A stretch of 64,000 nt of DNA from Thermoproteota archaeon. Lineage in GTDB: Archaea; Korarchaeota; Korarchaeia; Korarchaeales; Korarchaeaceae. Position 1 is the first letter of the stretch. Each line of letters begins with the position of its first letter. The translations under genes were made by a program, and so were the position numbers. Location: contig JAOZGC010000002.1 of NCBI GenBank assembly GCA_027491915.1, forward strand, positions 608,001 to 672,000, given 5' to 3'. A model generated the notes under the pieces. That model had not been told where the DNA came from. It did no database searches and was given only the letters and a program-made list of their open reading frames with translations. Shown here piece after piece: positions 28,646 to 38,714 of the stretch.

Positions 28646-31291
28646 ATGTGGGACCTCCGGGCGCTGGCGGCCGCGGCCGCGGCGATCCTCATCCTGTCGG
28701 CGTCCGCCGCCCCCCCGGAGCCCGCCCGCGGATCTCCCCCGCTCTCCCCGGTTCCGGACGGCGGGGCCCCGGGGGGCGGCCCGACCCGGGCGAGCCGGGG
28801 GCTGGTACCGATCCGGGTCAGGAACTGGCTCGACTTCGACAGGGTCGACGAGCCGGTCACCTCGGGGATCGCCCTCCCGGCGGGCGCCGCCTCGGACGAG
28901 GGGGAGATGAGGCTGCTCGACGGTTCCATGTCTGAGGTCCCGGCCCAGTTCAGGGTCCTGGCGAGGTGGCCCGACGGGAGCGTCAGGTGGGTCCTGGCGG
29001 ACTTCCAGTGCAGCGTGGGGGCCGGGTCCGAGGTCACCTACTACCTGGAGCTCGGGAGGGCCCCCTCAGGGTTCGACTCGCCCCTGCGGGTCGAGGATCG
29101 CGGGGACCGCCTGTGGGTCCACACCGGCCCCCTGTCCTTCGGGATCTCGAGGGGAGGCTTCCCACTGCTGGGTCCCTTCTACATGGACCTGGACGGGGAC
29201 GGATCCCCGGAGACCCTGGTCTCCGAGGGGGGAGACTTCGAGGTCACCGGGATCGACGGGGACAGGTTCCTGGCCGGCCCCGGGGTCGAGGAAGTCGGGG
29301 TGGAGGAGGCCGGTGGACTGAGGCTCTCCGTCGTGGTCCGGGGAACCCACGCGGGCCCTACCGGTCGGCTCCTGAACTACACCCTCAGGATAAACGCGTA
29401 CGCCCGTAAGAGCTACCTCAGGATCTACTACACCGAGGGAAACGACCTCCCCTGCCTGAACGACGGATCCGGTCAGCCGGACTGCCTGAAGCTCGGGTCC
29501 CCCAACGGGATCAGGTTCGAGGATCTCTCCCTGGAGCTCAACCTGACCTCGGCCGGCGGGGAACCGACCTTCTCCATCCCGGTGGAGGGGGGAGGGACGA
29601 TCTCCGGGCCGCTGCGGGGTTCGGCCCTCGTCTACCAGGACTCCAGCGGCGGCCGGGAGTGGGACAGGTGGCCCGGGGTAGCCTTCAGGGGGTACGAGGT
29701 GGTCGTCGACGGGAGGAGGCTGGGCGGCGGCTCGAGGGCGGAGGGGTGGGCCGACCTCTCCCTCCGGGACTTCGGCCTCACGGTCGGGGAGAGGTACTTC
29801 TGGGAGAACTTCCCGGGGGCCATCGAGTTGACCGGGGACGGGACCGTCCGCCTGGGGCTGATGCCGGGCCACTTCTCGCTGCCGTTCGAGCACAGGGCCG
29901 GCGAGCGCAAGACCCACGAGATCTTCCTCTACTTCCACGGGGGGCCCTTCGACGGGTCCGACGCCGAGGTGGCCAGGGCCCTCTCGGACCCCCTGCAGGC
30001 CCGGGGGCCGGCCGACCTGTACCTGCGGTTCGGCCTCTACGAGAGGTGGTTCCCGGCGGACCCGTCCAACCCGAGGCTCCTCGACTACGAGCTCAACAAC
30101 CTGGCCGCCGTGGCCGGATCCTCGGGCCCCTACGCGGCCAACCTCTTCGACGCCAGGGAGAGGGCCGACTTCTACGGGTGGATGAACTTCGGGGACGTGC
30201 CGATCCTGGACGAGGACGGGGGGACGGGCCAGATGAACCTGCAGTACGACTTCGAGTACGGGATGCTGGTCCAGAGCCTCAGGCTCCTCGGGGTGGACGA
30301 CCAGAACTCCAGGAGGTGGTGGCTCCTGGGGGAGCAGGCGGCCAGGCACACGGCCGACCTGGACGTGCTCCACGTCCACCGGGGCGACCCCTCCCAGCCC
30401 TCTTCCTACTGGATCAGGTGGTGCTGGGGGGGCATGTTCTGGCACACCCCCCACGGGGAGGACGGGCTGGACAGGCCCCACAGGGGGGCTTCTCCGAGCC
30501 TGGAGTTCCAGTTCGTCAGGGGGCTCTTCCTCTACTACTACCTGTCCGGGTACCGGCCGGCGTGGGACGCCGCCATCGAGGTCTCGGAGAACACCTACTG
30601 GAGGGTGGTCAACGGTCCCGGGGAGCCCGGGTACAGCGGGACCGAGGGGGACGAGGCGCGCGCCCCGGCCAACGCCCTGCGGATACTCCTGGCGGCCTAC
30701 CAGGCGACCTGGGATGGGAGGTTCCTGGAGGCCGCGAGGAGGGTGGTGCGGGAGTCCGACTTCCGCCGGAGGTGGTACCGGAGGGGGCCCTCGCCCGACC
30801 GCGCCGGCAGGTCCGTCGCCCCGTGGCAGCAGGCCATGCTCATGGTGTCCCTGGGGGAGTACCTGGACCTGATCCGGGAGGTCGGGGGCGAGGTGGACGG
30901 GGAGGCCAGGTCCTCCCTCCTGGGCTACGCGGACTGGATGCTCAGGTACGCCTACCACCCCTCGGGGGACGACGCCTTCTCCGGGCCACACTTCGTCTAC
31001 AGGTGGTGGGGAGACGGCAGGGTCAGCGACTGGTCCCCCGGGGGAGGGGCCAACGCCTGGATGCTCGTCATCAGCGACGCCTTCGCCTACGCCTGGAGGT
31101 ACTCCGGCAACCTGACATACCTGAGGGTCGCGGCCCAGCAGTTCAGGGACGGCTCCCGGTGGTTCTGGTACGAGGGGAACCCGGTGGGGGAGTTCGCCAC
31201 CGGGAAGCAGCACGCGATACTCTCGACCAGCGGCTTCATGTTCGGGCGCATGGTGGCCTCGACCCCGGCCCCGGGGGCCCGGGGCCGGTGA
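28646..31291 (+). CDS. Secreted exo-rhamnogalacturonan-lyase-like (PcRGLX/YetA-like) protein
   Basis: Signal peptide; EPVTSGIALP..PAQFRVLARWPDGSVRW N-terminal pattern; YGWMNFGD..NLQYD; helical C-terminal region. Confidence 0.68.
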   Translation: MWDLRALAAAAAAILILSASAAPPEPARGSPPLSPVPDGGAPGGGPTRASRGLVPIRVRNWLDFDRVDEPVTSGIALPAGAASDEGEMRLLDGSMSEVPAQFRVLARWPDGSVRWVLADFQCSVGAGSEVTYYLELGRAPSGFDSPLRVEDRGDRLWVHTGPLSFGISRGGFPLLGPFYMDLDGDGSPETLVSEGGDFEVTGIDGDRFLAGPGVEEVGVEEAGGLRLSVVVRGTHAGPTGRLLNYTLRINAYARKSYLRIYYTEGNDLPCLNDGSGQPDCLKLGSPNGIRFEDLSLELNLTSAGGEPTFSIPVEGGGTISGPLRGSALVYQDSSGGREWDRWPGVAFRGYEVVVDGRRLGGGSRAEGWADLSLRDFGLTVGERYFWENFPGAIELTGDGTVRLGLMPGHFSLPFEHRAGERKTHEIFLYFHGGPFDGSDAEVARALSDPLQARGPADLYLRFGLYERWFPADPSNPRLLDYELNNLAAVAGSSGPYAANLFDARERADFYGWMNFGDVPILDEDGGTGQMNLQYDFEYGMLVQSLRLLGVDDQNSRRWWLLGEQAARHTADLDVLHVHRGDPSQPSSYWIRWCWGGMFWHTPHGEDGLDRPHRGASPSLEFQFVRGLFLYYYLSGYRPAWDAAIEVSENTYWRVVNGPGEPGYSGTEGDEARAPANALRILLAAYQATWDGRFLEAARRVVRESDFRRRWYRRGPSPDRAGRSVAPWQQAMLMVSLGEYLDLIREVGGEVDGEARSSLLGYADWMLRYAYHPSGDDAFSGPHFVYRWWGDGRVSDWSPGGGANAWMLVISDAFAYAWRYSGNLTYLRVAAQQFRDGSRWFWYEGNPVGEFATGKQHAILSTSGFMFGRMVASTPAPGARGR

Positions 31292-31497
31292 GGGGCCCGA
31301 CCGCCCGCGCCGGGAGGGTGGCGGCCCCGATCCCGCGGTCGGCGGGGGGAGGAGCCCGGGGGATCGCCGCGGCCGTCCGCACCGGGACTCGGGCCGGGGC
31401 CGGCCGGGCGCGAGGCGGGGAGGTGGGCTGGGAGCCGGGGAAGGGGCTCGGGGAGGGCCCGACCCCGGGGCCCCCTCGACCGCCGCCCCGCGAGTTC

Positions 31498-31791
31498 TCA
31501 GCCTGGTCGGGGCCGCCGGGTCCAGACCGTCGACCCCCTGACCCTGATCTCCACGATCCTGTGCATGGGGATCACCGTGCCCCCCGGCAGGAGGATCCTG
31601 TCAGCCGCGACCCTCACCTCGTCCCCCCTGATGGTCTCCAGGCCCGTCTCGGTCCCCCTGGACTCGAACACTATCTCGTAGTCCCCGGGTCTCTCTCCGG
31701 GCTTCCAGAGCATGGCGCTCAGGATCTCCCTTATCTCCCCCTTGCCCTTTCCCCTCCCCCCGGCCCCACCCCTCCTCCGGACCATCCCCAT
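31498..31791 (-). CDS. DUF504/UPF0248 small protein
   Basis: IREILSAMLW..YEIVFESRG..IPMHRIVEI..VWTR. Confidence 0.8.
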   Translation of the reverse strand: MGMVRRRGGAGGRGKGKGEIREILSAMLWKPGERPGDYEIVFESRGTETGLETIRGDEVRVAADRILLPGGTVIPMHRIVEIRVRGSTVWTRRPRPG

Positions 31792-31808
31792 CCACCTCAG
31801 GCCGCCGG

Positions 31809-32144
31809 TCACCCGGCCCTGAGCCCGACCAACGCCCCGGCCAGGACCCCCCCGACCAGGGGGATGCCGGACGAGCTCAGCGCGGACCAGACGTCGCCTC
31901 CTCTCCCGGAGAGCCACCCCACCAGCTCCCCCAACCCGGAGGCAGCCCCCTCCGCGAGGGACTCCAGGGCGCCCGGCCTGAACTCGATCAGGCCCGCCCA
32001 CCGGAGGCCCAGCAGGATTAGGAGGAGGGCGCCGACCAGGGCCGCCAGGAGCTTCAGGAACTTCTTCAGGGAGTAACCCACCAGAAACCCCAGGATCGCC
32101 CCGCCCCCCGCCTGTAGGAGGAAGGACTCGAGCCCGCCGAGCAT
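31809..32144 (-). CDS. FUN14-family membrane protein
   Basis: GGGAILGFLVGYSLKKFLKL..GGVLAGALVG. Confidence 0.85.
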   Translation of the reverse strand: MLGGLESFLLQAGGGAILGFLVGYSLKKFLKLLAALVGALLLILLGLRWAGLIEFRPGALESLAEGAASGLGELVGWLSGRGGDVWSALSSSGIPLVGGVLAGALVGLRAG

Positions 32145-32214
32145 CCCGGGTCCGGGGGGACCGGGGATTAAACGGTTGCGCCGAGTCGAGCCGACCCGGC
32201 CGGGGGCCCGCTGA

Positions 32215-32560
32215 TCAGACCATCCCGGAGATCCGCGGGGAGATCACCCTCACGCCCAGGCCCCTCCGCCACCCTCCCCTGCCGCCCGTCGCAGGTAAGC
32301 AGGGCGGCCCCGAGCCTGCGGGCCTGGGCCAGGTAGAGGGAGTCATAGACCGTGATCCACTCGCCCAGCGCCGGCCGGAAGGCCTCCCCAACGTACTCCC
32401 CCTCCCCTCCACCCCGACGACGTCTCCGAAGAGCCTCCGGATCACCCGGAGCCTCTCCCCGGCCACCTCCCTGGAGAGGATGCCCCGGGCCGCCGCTCCC
32501 TACATAGCCACGGTCCAGGTGGTGTACTCCGCCCGGGGAAAGCGGATAGTCTTCAAGAGG
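32215..32560 (-). pseudogene. Decayed PIN-domain (VapC) gene
   Basis: ITVYDSLYLAQARRLGAALLTCDGRQ..AEG in one frame; upstream pieces frameshifted, with a stop. Confidence 0.65.
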
Positions 32561-32674
32561 GATCCCCAGGGATCACGGGATCGATCTGGTCTTCGGGAGG
32601 CGGCCCGCCTAGGCCGCGGGGGGCTCGAGCCGGAGGACCGGCGCGGCCCCGGGACCGGGGTCTCCCCGCCCGAC

Positions 32675-33100
32675 TCACGCCCCGCGCCTCCCCCTTCGGC
32701 GCCCGGAGACGGTCTCGTTGAGGAGCCTCAGGTCGAAGTACATCCTGGAAGTTTCGTCCACCAACCTGATCCTCAGCCGCTCGTCCCTGGAGAAGAGGAG
32801 GACCCCCCCGGAGAACACGTGGTACCTGAACGGGAGGGGCGCCCCGTTTAGGACCCTGATATCCACCGGGACGCCCAGCCTCACAGACAGCTCGGCGGAG
32901 AGGTCCACCTCGATCCTCGGGGCATCTCTGGGGTCCTCGAGCCAGACGGCCACGTCCACGTCCCTGAAGAACCTCCTCTCGATGAACCCCCCGTGCAGGT
33001 AGGCGAACACCACGCCCCTCACCTCCGAGAGGGCCCGCCCGATCTCCCGGACGAGCCTCTCCCTCTCCCCCTCGCCGAGCTCGACGTACCTCACGTCCAC
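32675..33100 (-). CDS. MNT antitoxin (MntA-like)
   Basis: FAYLHGGFIERRFFRDVDVAV, VPVDIRVLN. Confidence 0.88.
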   Translation of the reverse strand: MDVRYVELGEGERERLVREIGRALSEVRGVVFAYLHGGFIERRFFRDVDVAVWLEDPRDAPRIEVDLSAELSVRLGVPVDIRVLNGAPLPFRYHVFSGGVLLFSRDERLRIRLVDETSRMYFDLRLLNETVSGRRRGRRGA

Positions 33101-33109
33101 CTCCAGACC

Positions 33110-33550
33110 TCACCCCTCCCCGATGCCTCGGTCGACGATCTCCCTGAGCGCCGCCGCGAACTCCTCGAAGTCTCCCAGTCCCTCTCTGACGCTCTCGTAG
33201 ACCCTGAGGTCGCTCACCGTCCAGTACCTGTGGACCAGCAGGTTCCGCAGTCTCGCGGCCGCGGCCAGCCTCAGGGCCAGGTCGCTGGATATTATCCCCA
33301 GCTCCCCCATCCTGGCGAAGCAGTTCGGGTATCCCTCGGCCCTCTCCCCGACGGAGGCCAGCAGGTGGAGGCAGGCGCCCGAGGCGGCCTCGACCAGCTG
33401 GATGATCAGGTACCTCATGGCCAGGATCTCGTGCAGGCCGAGCGAGTCGAACGGCCTGGACGTCAGCTCCCTCAGGAGTCGGATGGAGTCGTCGATCTCC
33501 CTGATCCTCGCCTCGACGGCCTCAGCTTCAACGCCCCGACGGAACCGCAC
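33110..33550 (-). CDS. HepT-like (DUF86) HEPN RNase
   Basis: LRNLLVHRY motif; start uncertain. Confidence 0.85.
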   Translation of the reverse strand: MRFRRGVEAEAVEARIREIDDSIRLLRELTSRPFDSLGLHEILAMRYLIIQLVEAASGACLHLLASVGERAEGYPNCFARMGELGIISSDLALRLAAAARLRNLLVHRYWTVSDLRVYESVREGLGDFEEFAAALREIVDRGIGEG

Positions 33551-33795
33551 CCCAGCCGCACCCGTCCCAGCGGGGAGGGCTAGATCGCCTAAAAACATGG
33601 CTGGCGTGGGGGAGGTCCCCGGATCGGGCGGTGGGGACTCCCGGTCGCCGCCGCGAGACGCGGCCCTCGGCGGGGATTCCCTCATCCCCCACCCGCCCGC
33701 GGCCAGCGACCGAGTCCGCCGGGGGCGGCCGGGCTTCTCCCACGGGCCGCGTTAGGCGACGCGCGCGGAGCTGGACCTCCCTCCCGACCCGCCGC

Positions 33796-34671
33796 TCAGA
33801 TCAGCCCCAGCCTGATCCCGGCCTCCTCGCACGCCCGCCGGGCCGCCCGGGCCAGCCTCTCCTGGTACGACCCGGTGGGCGCCATCCTGCCGCGGAAGAG
33901 CGCCCTGTACCTCGGGAGCAGCTCCGGGAACCTCGCCCTCAGAACCGAGTAGAAGGCCTCCCTCCCCTCCCCGTGCAGGGTCAGCGCCCCCACGAACACG
34001 TAGTCCGCCCCGGCCTCCCGGGCCGCCGCCACCATCTCCGCCACGTCCCGCTCGGAGTCGGATATGAAGGGCAGGACCGGTATGTAGGCCACCCCCGCCC
34101 TCACCCCGGCCGCCGCCAGCTCCCCGACGGCCCCGAGCCTATCCTCCGGGGGAGGGGCACCGGGCTCGAAGATCCTGGCCACCTCCTCGTCCAGCGTCGA
34201 GATGGAGACCGTGACGGCGACCCCGGGGAGACTCCCCTCCAGGTCCCTCGGGAGGACGGCCTTCTCCGCCACCTCGGCCAGGAGGTCGGCGTCCCTGACG
34301 ACCAGGGGCGACTTGGTCAGCACGTGGACCGGGAACCTCCACCTGGTCAGTACCCCCAGGACCCTCCTGGTGAGCCTCAGCTCCCTCTCCGGCGGCATGT
34401 AGGGCTCCGTGGCTGTCCCCAGGGCCACGAACCCGTACTGCCCCCTCCTGGCCCTGGAGGCCAGCTGCCTGTCCAGCAGCCCCGGGGCGTTCACCTTGGC
34501 CGCCACCCCCGGGGGCCTCCGGGCCCCGTACCTGCTCCCCCTGACGTAGCAGTAGACGCAGCCCAGGGGGCAGCCGTAGTAGGGGTTCACCGAGTAGTCG
34601 TCCAGGAACCAGCCGTCCCTCCTCCTGTGCCTGTTCAGCACCGACCTGGCCTCGACCTCGGCGACCCTCAT
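33796..34671 (-). CDS. Radical SAM protein, SPL-like (Rv2578c-like) family
   Basis: NPYYGCPLGCVYCY, GTATEPY, LTKSPLVVRD, PVLPFISD. Confidence 0.9.
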   Translation of the reverse strand: MRVAEVEARSVLNRHRRRDGWFLDDYSVNPYYGCPLGCVYCYVRGSRYGARRPPGVAAKVNAPGLLDRQLASRARRGQYGFVALGTATEPYMPPERELRLTRRVLGVLTRWRFPVHVLTKSPLVVRDADLLAEVAEKAVLPRDLEGSLPGVAVTVSISTLDEEVARIFEPGAPPPEDRLGAVGELAAAGVRAGVAYIPVLPFISDSERDVAEMVAAAREAGADYVFVGALTLHGEGREAFYSVLRARFPELLPRYRALFRGRMAPTGSYQERLARAARRACEEAGIRLGLI

Positions 34672-35282
34672 CCCCGGACCCCCAGCGCCAGCTCCACCTC
34701 GGCCCTCATCTCGGGCGGGAGCTTCCTGATGCCCTTCCTCACGATCCTGGCGGCCTCGGGGCACCCCTCCGACAGCCACCTCAGGCAGACCTCCCTGACC
34801 AGCGCCGGGTCGGCCTTGGTCATCTCCCTCAGGATGTGCGAGACCGCGTCGGCCGCGTATCTGTCCCCCTCGCACCTCATCTCCTCTATCAGCGGGAGGA
34901 CCGCCCCCGGGTCCACCCTGGCCAGCACCCGGGTCGACTCGGCGGCCGCCCTCCTGACCCTGGGATCCGGGTCCCGGACCCAGAGGGCAATCTCCCCCAG
35001 GTACTCCTCCCTCCTTGCCCTGGAGATCACCGTCAGGGCCGTGGCGGCCGACTCCCTCACCCTCCAGTCCCCGTCGGCGGCGGCCTCCCTGAGCCTGGGC
35101 AGGGCGGCCCCCGGATCCTCGGCCCCGGCCCACCCGAGGATGAAGCATGCCAGGCTCCTCTCCCTCCAGTCCCCGGACAGCAGGTCCCCCACCATCTCCA
35201 GGGCGGCCGCCGGGTCGCGCCTGAACAGGTCCCGGGCCAGCCTCCGCTGGGCGGTCGAGGAGTCGGGTATCCGGATGCTCAA
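34668..35282 (-). CDS. HEAT-repeat protein (DNA alkylation repair AlkC/AlkD-like)
   Basis: DGDWRVRESAA, WVRDPDPRVRRAAAESTR, D-R-Y..AVSHILREMTKADP. Confidence 0.72.
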   Translation of the reverse strand: MSIRIPDSSTAQRRLARDLFRRDPAAALEMVGDLLSGDWRERSLACFILGWAGAEDPGAALPRLREAAADGDWRVRESAATALTVISRARREEYLGEIALWVRDPDPRVRRAAAESTRVLARVDPGAVLPLIEEMRCEGDRYAADAVSHILREMTKADPALVREVCLRWLSEGCPEAARIVRKGIRKLPPEMRAEVELALGVRG

Positions 35283-35464
35283 GTCCCCTCCCTCGGTTCG
35301 AACGCCCCGGCGGGGCACAGCTCAACCGGCATGTCCGCCGGGACCACGTGCCCGAAGCAGTCGCCCCTCTCCTCGTCTATGGGCCTGAAGTACCTGCAGT
35401 CCCTGCAGGTGTACCCGCTCCTACCCCCGCCCTCGCCTCCGGCCGGCCTTCCCACAGTCCTCAC
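35279..35464 (-). CDS. Small 4-Cys protein (BssC/TutF-like putative Fe-S peptide)
   Basis: TCRDCRYFRPIDEERGDCFGHVVPADMPVELCPAGAFEP; TTGA overlap with the next gene. Confidence 0.62.
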   Translation of the reverse strand: MRTVGRPAGGEGGGRSGYTCRDCRYFRPIDEERGDCFGHVVPADMPVELCPAGAFEPREGT

Positions 35465-35664
35465 CTGTTTCCAACTTTCCTTACTTTTCTTACTTAATAA
35501 ACTTGGCGGGCCTCCCGATCCCCCTGGTGGTGCGCCCCCCTCCCCCTCCCTCCCACCTCGGGCACGAACTCGGAGGACGTCGGGACCGCCCGCCCACCGG
35601 CCGCCCACCCGTGATCAGAAACGATATATCGGGTGCCCCCCTACAGGGCGTTCGAGGGGTCGCG

Positions 35665-36678
35665 GTGGCGGGCGACGTGGTTGAGGTGAGGGATCTGAGG
35701 AAGAGGTACACCACCTACCTCCGCCGCGGGATGTTCGGCAGGGAGAAGAAGGTCGTGGAGGCCCTGAGGGGGATCAGCTTCTCCATCCGGGGAGGGGAGG
35801 TCTTCGGCCTCCTGGGTCCCAACGGGGCCGGAAAGACCACAACCGTGAAGATACTGTCGACCCTCCTGCTCCCGGACGGGGGAGAGGCTTATGTCTGCGG
35901 TCACGACGTCGTGAGGGAGCCCACGGCCGTCAGGAAGGTCATAGGGGTATCCCTGAGCGTGGAGAGGGGTTTCTTCTGGAAGCTGACCGGGAGGGAGAAC
36001 CTGACCTACTTTGGGATGCTCTACGGGCTGGACGGGCGGGATCTGAGGGAGAAGGTCGACGGGCTGCTGGACCTGATGGGCCTCTCCGACCTCGAGGCGG
36101 CGGACAAGCTCTACGAGGAGTACTCCCTCGGCATGAAGGCCAGGCTCAGCGTCGCCAGGGCTCTGCTCACGGACCCGGAGGTCGTCATACTGGACGAGCC
36201 CACCCTGGGTCTGGACCCCCCCTCCGCCAGGGCCCTGAGGGAGATCCTGGTGGGGCTGGCCCACCGGGAGGGGAAGACCGTGCTGGTGACGACCCACAAC
36301 ATGTTCGAGGCGGAGATCATGGTGGACAGGGTGGCCATAATCAACGGCGGGGAGATCGTCGCCCTGGGGACCGTGGACGAGCTGAAGGCGAGGGTGGCCG
36401 GCAGGATCTCCCTGGAGTTCCTCTTCTTCCCTCCGGCCTCCGTCAGGGTCGATGAGGTGGTCTCGGCGGTCCGCTCCTCGGCGGAGGCCGCCGAGGTGTT
36501 CCCGGAGGACGGCGGGGTGAGGCTGAAGGTACTGGCCAGCCCCGAGGAGAGGGACGAGGTGACCTCCGCGATCCTCGGGGAGCTCCACGGCCGCGGCTGC
36601 AGCGTCAGGAGGGTGGAGATCAGGGAGCCGTCGCTGGAGGACGTCTTCATCTCCCTGACCGGGAAGACCGGGCTCTGA
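35665..36678 (+). CDS. ABC-2 exporter ATP-binding subunit
   Basis: GPNGAGKT, YSLGM, ILDEPT, C-terminal EPSLEDVF. Confidence 0.93.
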   Translation: MAGDVVEVRDLRKRYTTYLRRGMFGREKKVVEALRGISFSIRGGEVFGLLGPNGAGKTTTVKILSTLLLPDGGEAYVCGHDVVREPTAVRKVIGVSLSVERGFFWKLTGRENLTYFGMLYGLDGRDLREKVDGLLDLMGLSDLEAADKLYEEYSLGMKARLSVARALLTDPEVVILDEPTLGLDPPSARALREILVGLAHREGKTVLVTTHNMFEAEIMVDRVAIINGGEIVALGTVDELKARVAGRISLEFLFFPPASVRVDEVVSAVRSSAEAAEVFPEDGGVRLKVLASPEERDEVTSAILGELHGRGCSVRRVEIREPSLEDVFISLTGKTGL

Positions 36679-36692
36679 GGGGGGCGGCGGGG

Positions 36693-37505
36693 TTGTCGGC
36701 CTGGAGCCTGCTGAAGTCCGGGGTCCTGCTGGATCTCTACTTCTTCAAGAACAACAGGGCGGCCTTCCTCTCCATGCTGCTGTGGCCCTACCTGATACTG
36801 GGCCTGATCCTGGGGATGGGCCACGTCGTGGGGAGCCCCCAGGCCTTCAGGCGGAACGTGGGGGCGGAGGTGGACCCCCTGACCTTCTTCGTGTCCTCCA
36901 CCCTGGTGGCCATGGCGGCGGTGGACGTGATGTGGGGGGTGGGCGGGAGCGTCCTGGAGCACAGGTGGGTGGGCACCCTGCCCTACGTGCTCATCTCCCC
37001 CAACAGGACGTCCCTCACCCTGGTGCTCTCCTACGTGCCCAGGTACCTCCTGTCGACGGCCATCCAGCTGGCAGAGTTCTCCCCACTCCTGGTCCTTTCC
37101 TCCGGACCCTGGGAGGCGGCCGGGGACCTGGCGGTGATGGCCCTGGCCATGACGGCCGGGATGCTGCCCCTGCTGGGGTTCTCCGCGGTCTTCGCCGCCC
37201 TCCTCATATCCATAGAGGAGGAGTCCAACGTCCTGGGCTGGCTGAACCCCCTGATCCTGCTGTTCTCCGGGGCCTTCTACCCGGCCCACATGCTCCCCCG
37301 GTGGGCCAGGCTGGTGTCCGAGGTCCTCCCCACCACCTACACCGTGGAGCTGGCCAGGCTCTCGGCCGCCCTGGGATCCCCCGGGGCCTCTGAGGTGGTC
37401 ACCCTCATGGGGATCCTGCTGGGCATGTCGGCCCTGTACAACGCGGCCTCGCTGGCCGCCGTGGGGGCCGGCGAGAGGAGGGCCATGAGGCGGGGGGCGA
37501 TATGA
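36693..37505 (+). CDS. ABC-2 transporter permease
   Basis: About 6 TM segments; GTLPYVLISP; FSGAFYP..LPRW..LPTTY. Confidence 0.88.
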   Translation: MSAWSLLKSGVLLDLYFFKNNRAAFLSMLLWPYLILGLILGMGHVVGSPQAFRRNVGAEVDPLTFFVSSTLVAMAAVDVMWGVGGSVLEHRWVGTLPYVLISPNRTSLTLVLSYVPRYLLSTAIQLAEFSPLLVLSSGPWEAAGDLAVMALAMTAGMLPLLGFSAVFAALLISIEEESNVLGWLNPLILLFSGAFYPAHMLPRWARLVSEVLPTTYTVELARLSAALGSPGASEVVTLMGILLGMSALYNAASLAAVGAGERRAMRRGAI

Positions 37506-38300
37506 TTGGACCGGCTGGTCAGGCTGAGGGCCATCCTCTGGCTCCACTCCACCAGGCTCTGGAGGTACAGGTGGTCCTTCCTAAACATGATACTCTCGGA
37601 GACCGCCTGGATCTTCCTGCTGGTGCTGGGGGTCCTGCTGTTCGTCCCCAGGGGGGAGGTGGAGGCCGCGGTGAGGGCGGCCTTCTGGGTGATCGTGAGC
37701 TGGACCCTGGTCTCCCAGTTCTCCTCCCTGGTGGGCGGCTGGACGACCTTCTTCATCTCCATGGGGATGGTCGAGGAGCACATCCTCCGGGGGGTCTCCC
37801 CCTTCAGGGCCATACTGGGCAGGGTGATCACGGGGCTCTCGGTGGCCGCGGCCTCCCTCCTGTTCATGGGGGCCGTCCTGGGGGAGACCTTCGGGGTGGA
37901 CCTCTTCGCCCTGAGGGATCCCGCGGCGCTGGCCGTGGGGCTGGCTGCCGTGGGGGTCGAGGGGCTCTCCTACGGCCTGATGGTGTCGTCCATATCCTTC
38001 AGGACCAGCGTCCCCCAGAACCTCCTGGAGATCCTGAACTTCTCCGTCATAGGGCTTATGATGGTCCCGGTGGACTCCCTGGACGGCTGGGCCCGGGCCG
38101 CGCTGCTGGCCGTCCCCTACGTGGCGCCGACCCACCTGCTCAAGGTGGGCGCGGGGGCCGCCGCCGGGGCCCTGGCGGCCCCGGCGCTCGCCTCCTCCCT
38201 TATCGAGGCGGCCGCCATGGCCGCCGCCGCGCTCCTGGCGACCGGGTGGGCCGAGGAGTGGGTCAGGAGGAACGGCGTGAGGGCCGTGGGGTTCTGGTGA
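37506..38300 (+). CDS. ABC-2 transporter permease (second subunit)
   Basis: Multi-TM protein coupled to the preceding permease. Confidence 0.78.
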   Translation: MDRLVRLRAILWLHSTRLWRYRWSFLNMILSETAWIFLLVLGVLLFVPRGEVEAAVRAAFWVIVSWTLVSQFSSLVGGWTTFFISMGMVEEHILRGVSPFRAILGRVITGLSVAAASLLFMGAVLGETFGVDLFALRDPAALAVGLAAVGVEGLSYGLMVSSISFRTSVPQNLLEILNFSVIGLMMVPVDSLDGWARAALLAVPYVAPTHLLKVGAGAAAGALAAPALASSLIEAAAMAAAALLATGWAEEWVRRNGVRAVGFW

Positions 38301-38333
38301 GCCCTTTTTAAGGGTCCGCCGGGATCCGGGCCC

Positions 38334-38714
38334 GTGAGGGAGGAGTTCGGATGGTGGCTCTCGGCCGCCAGGAAGTCCCTGGAGAGGGCCGAGAGGGCCT
38401 TCGAGTTCGGGGACTACGAGGCCGCCGCCTTCTGGTCCCAGCAGGCGGTGGAGTTCTCCCTGAAGGCGGCCCACGTCCTGGCCGGGAGGCTCCCACCCAG
38501 GACCCACCACCTGCCCACCCTCCTGCGCGGGGTCGAGGGGCTGGTCGAGGTCCGGGAGAGGCACCTCCTGTCCGAGCTGACCCCCTACTACTCCATATCC
38601 AGGTACCCGGACGCCTTCGGGGGGACCCCCGTGGTGGCCGAGGAGACGGCCTCCAGGTTCCTGAGGTTCGCCAGGGGTGTAGTGAGTGAGGTCGAGGGGC
38701 TCGGTCGGGACTGA
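38334..38714 (+). CDS. HEPN domain protein
   Basis: AAFWSQQAVEFSLKA..RTHHL..SRYPD. Confidence 0.9.
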   Translation: MREEFGWWLSAARKSLERAERAFEFGDYEAAAFWSQQAVEFSLKAAHVLAGRLPPRTHHLPTLLRGVEGLVEVRERHLLSELTPYYSISRYPDAFGGTPVVAEETASRFLRFARGVVSEVEGLGRD

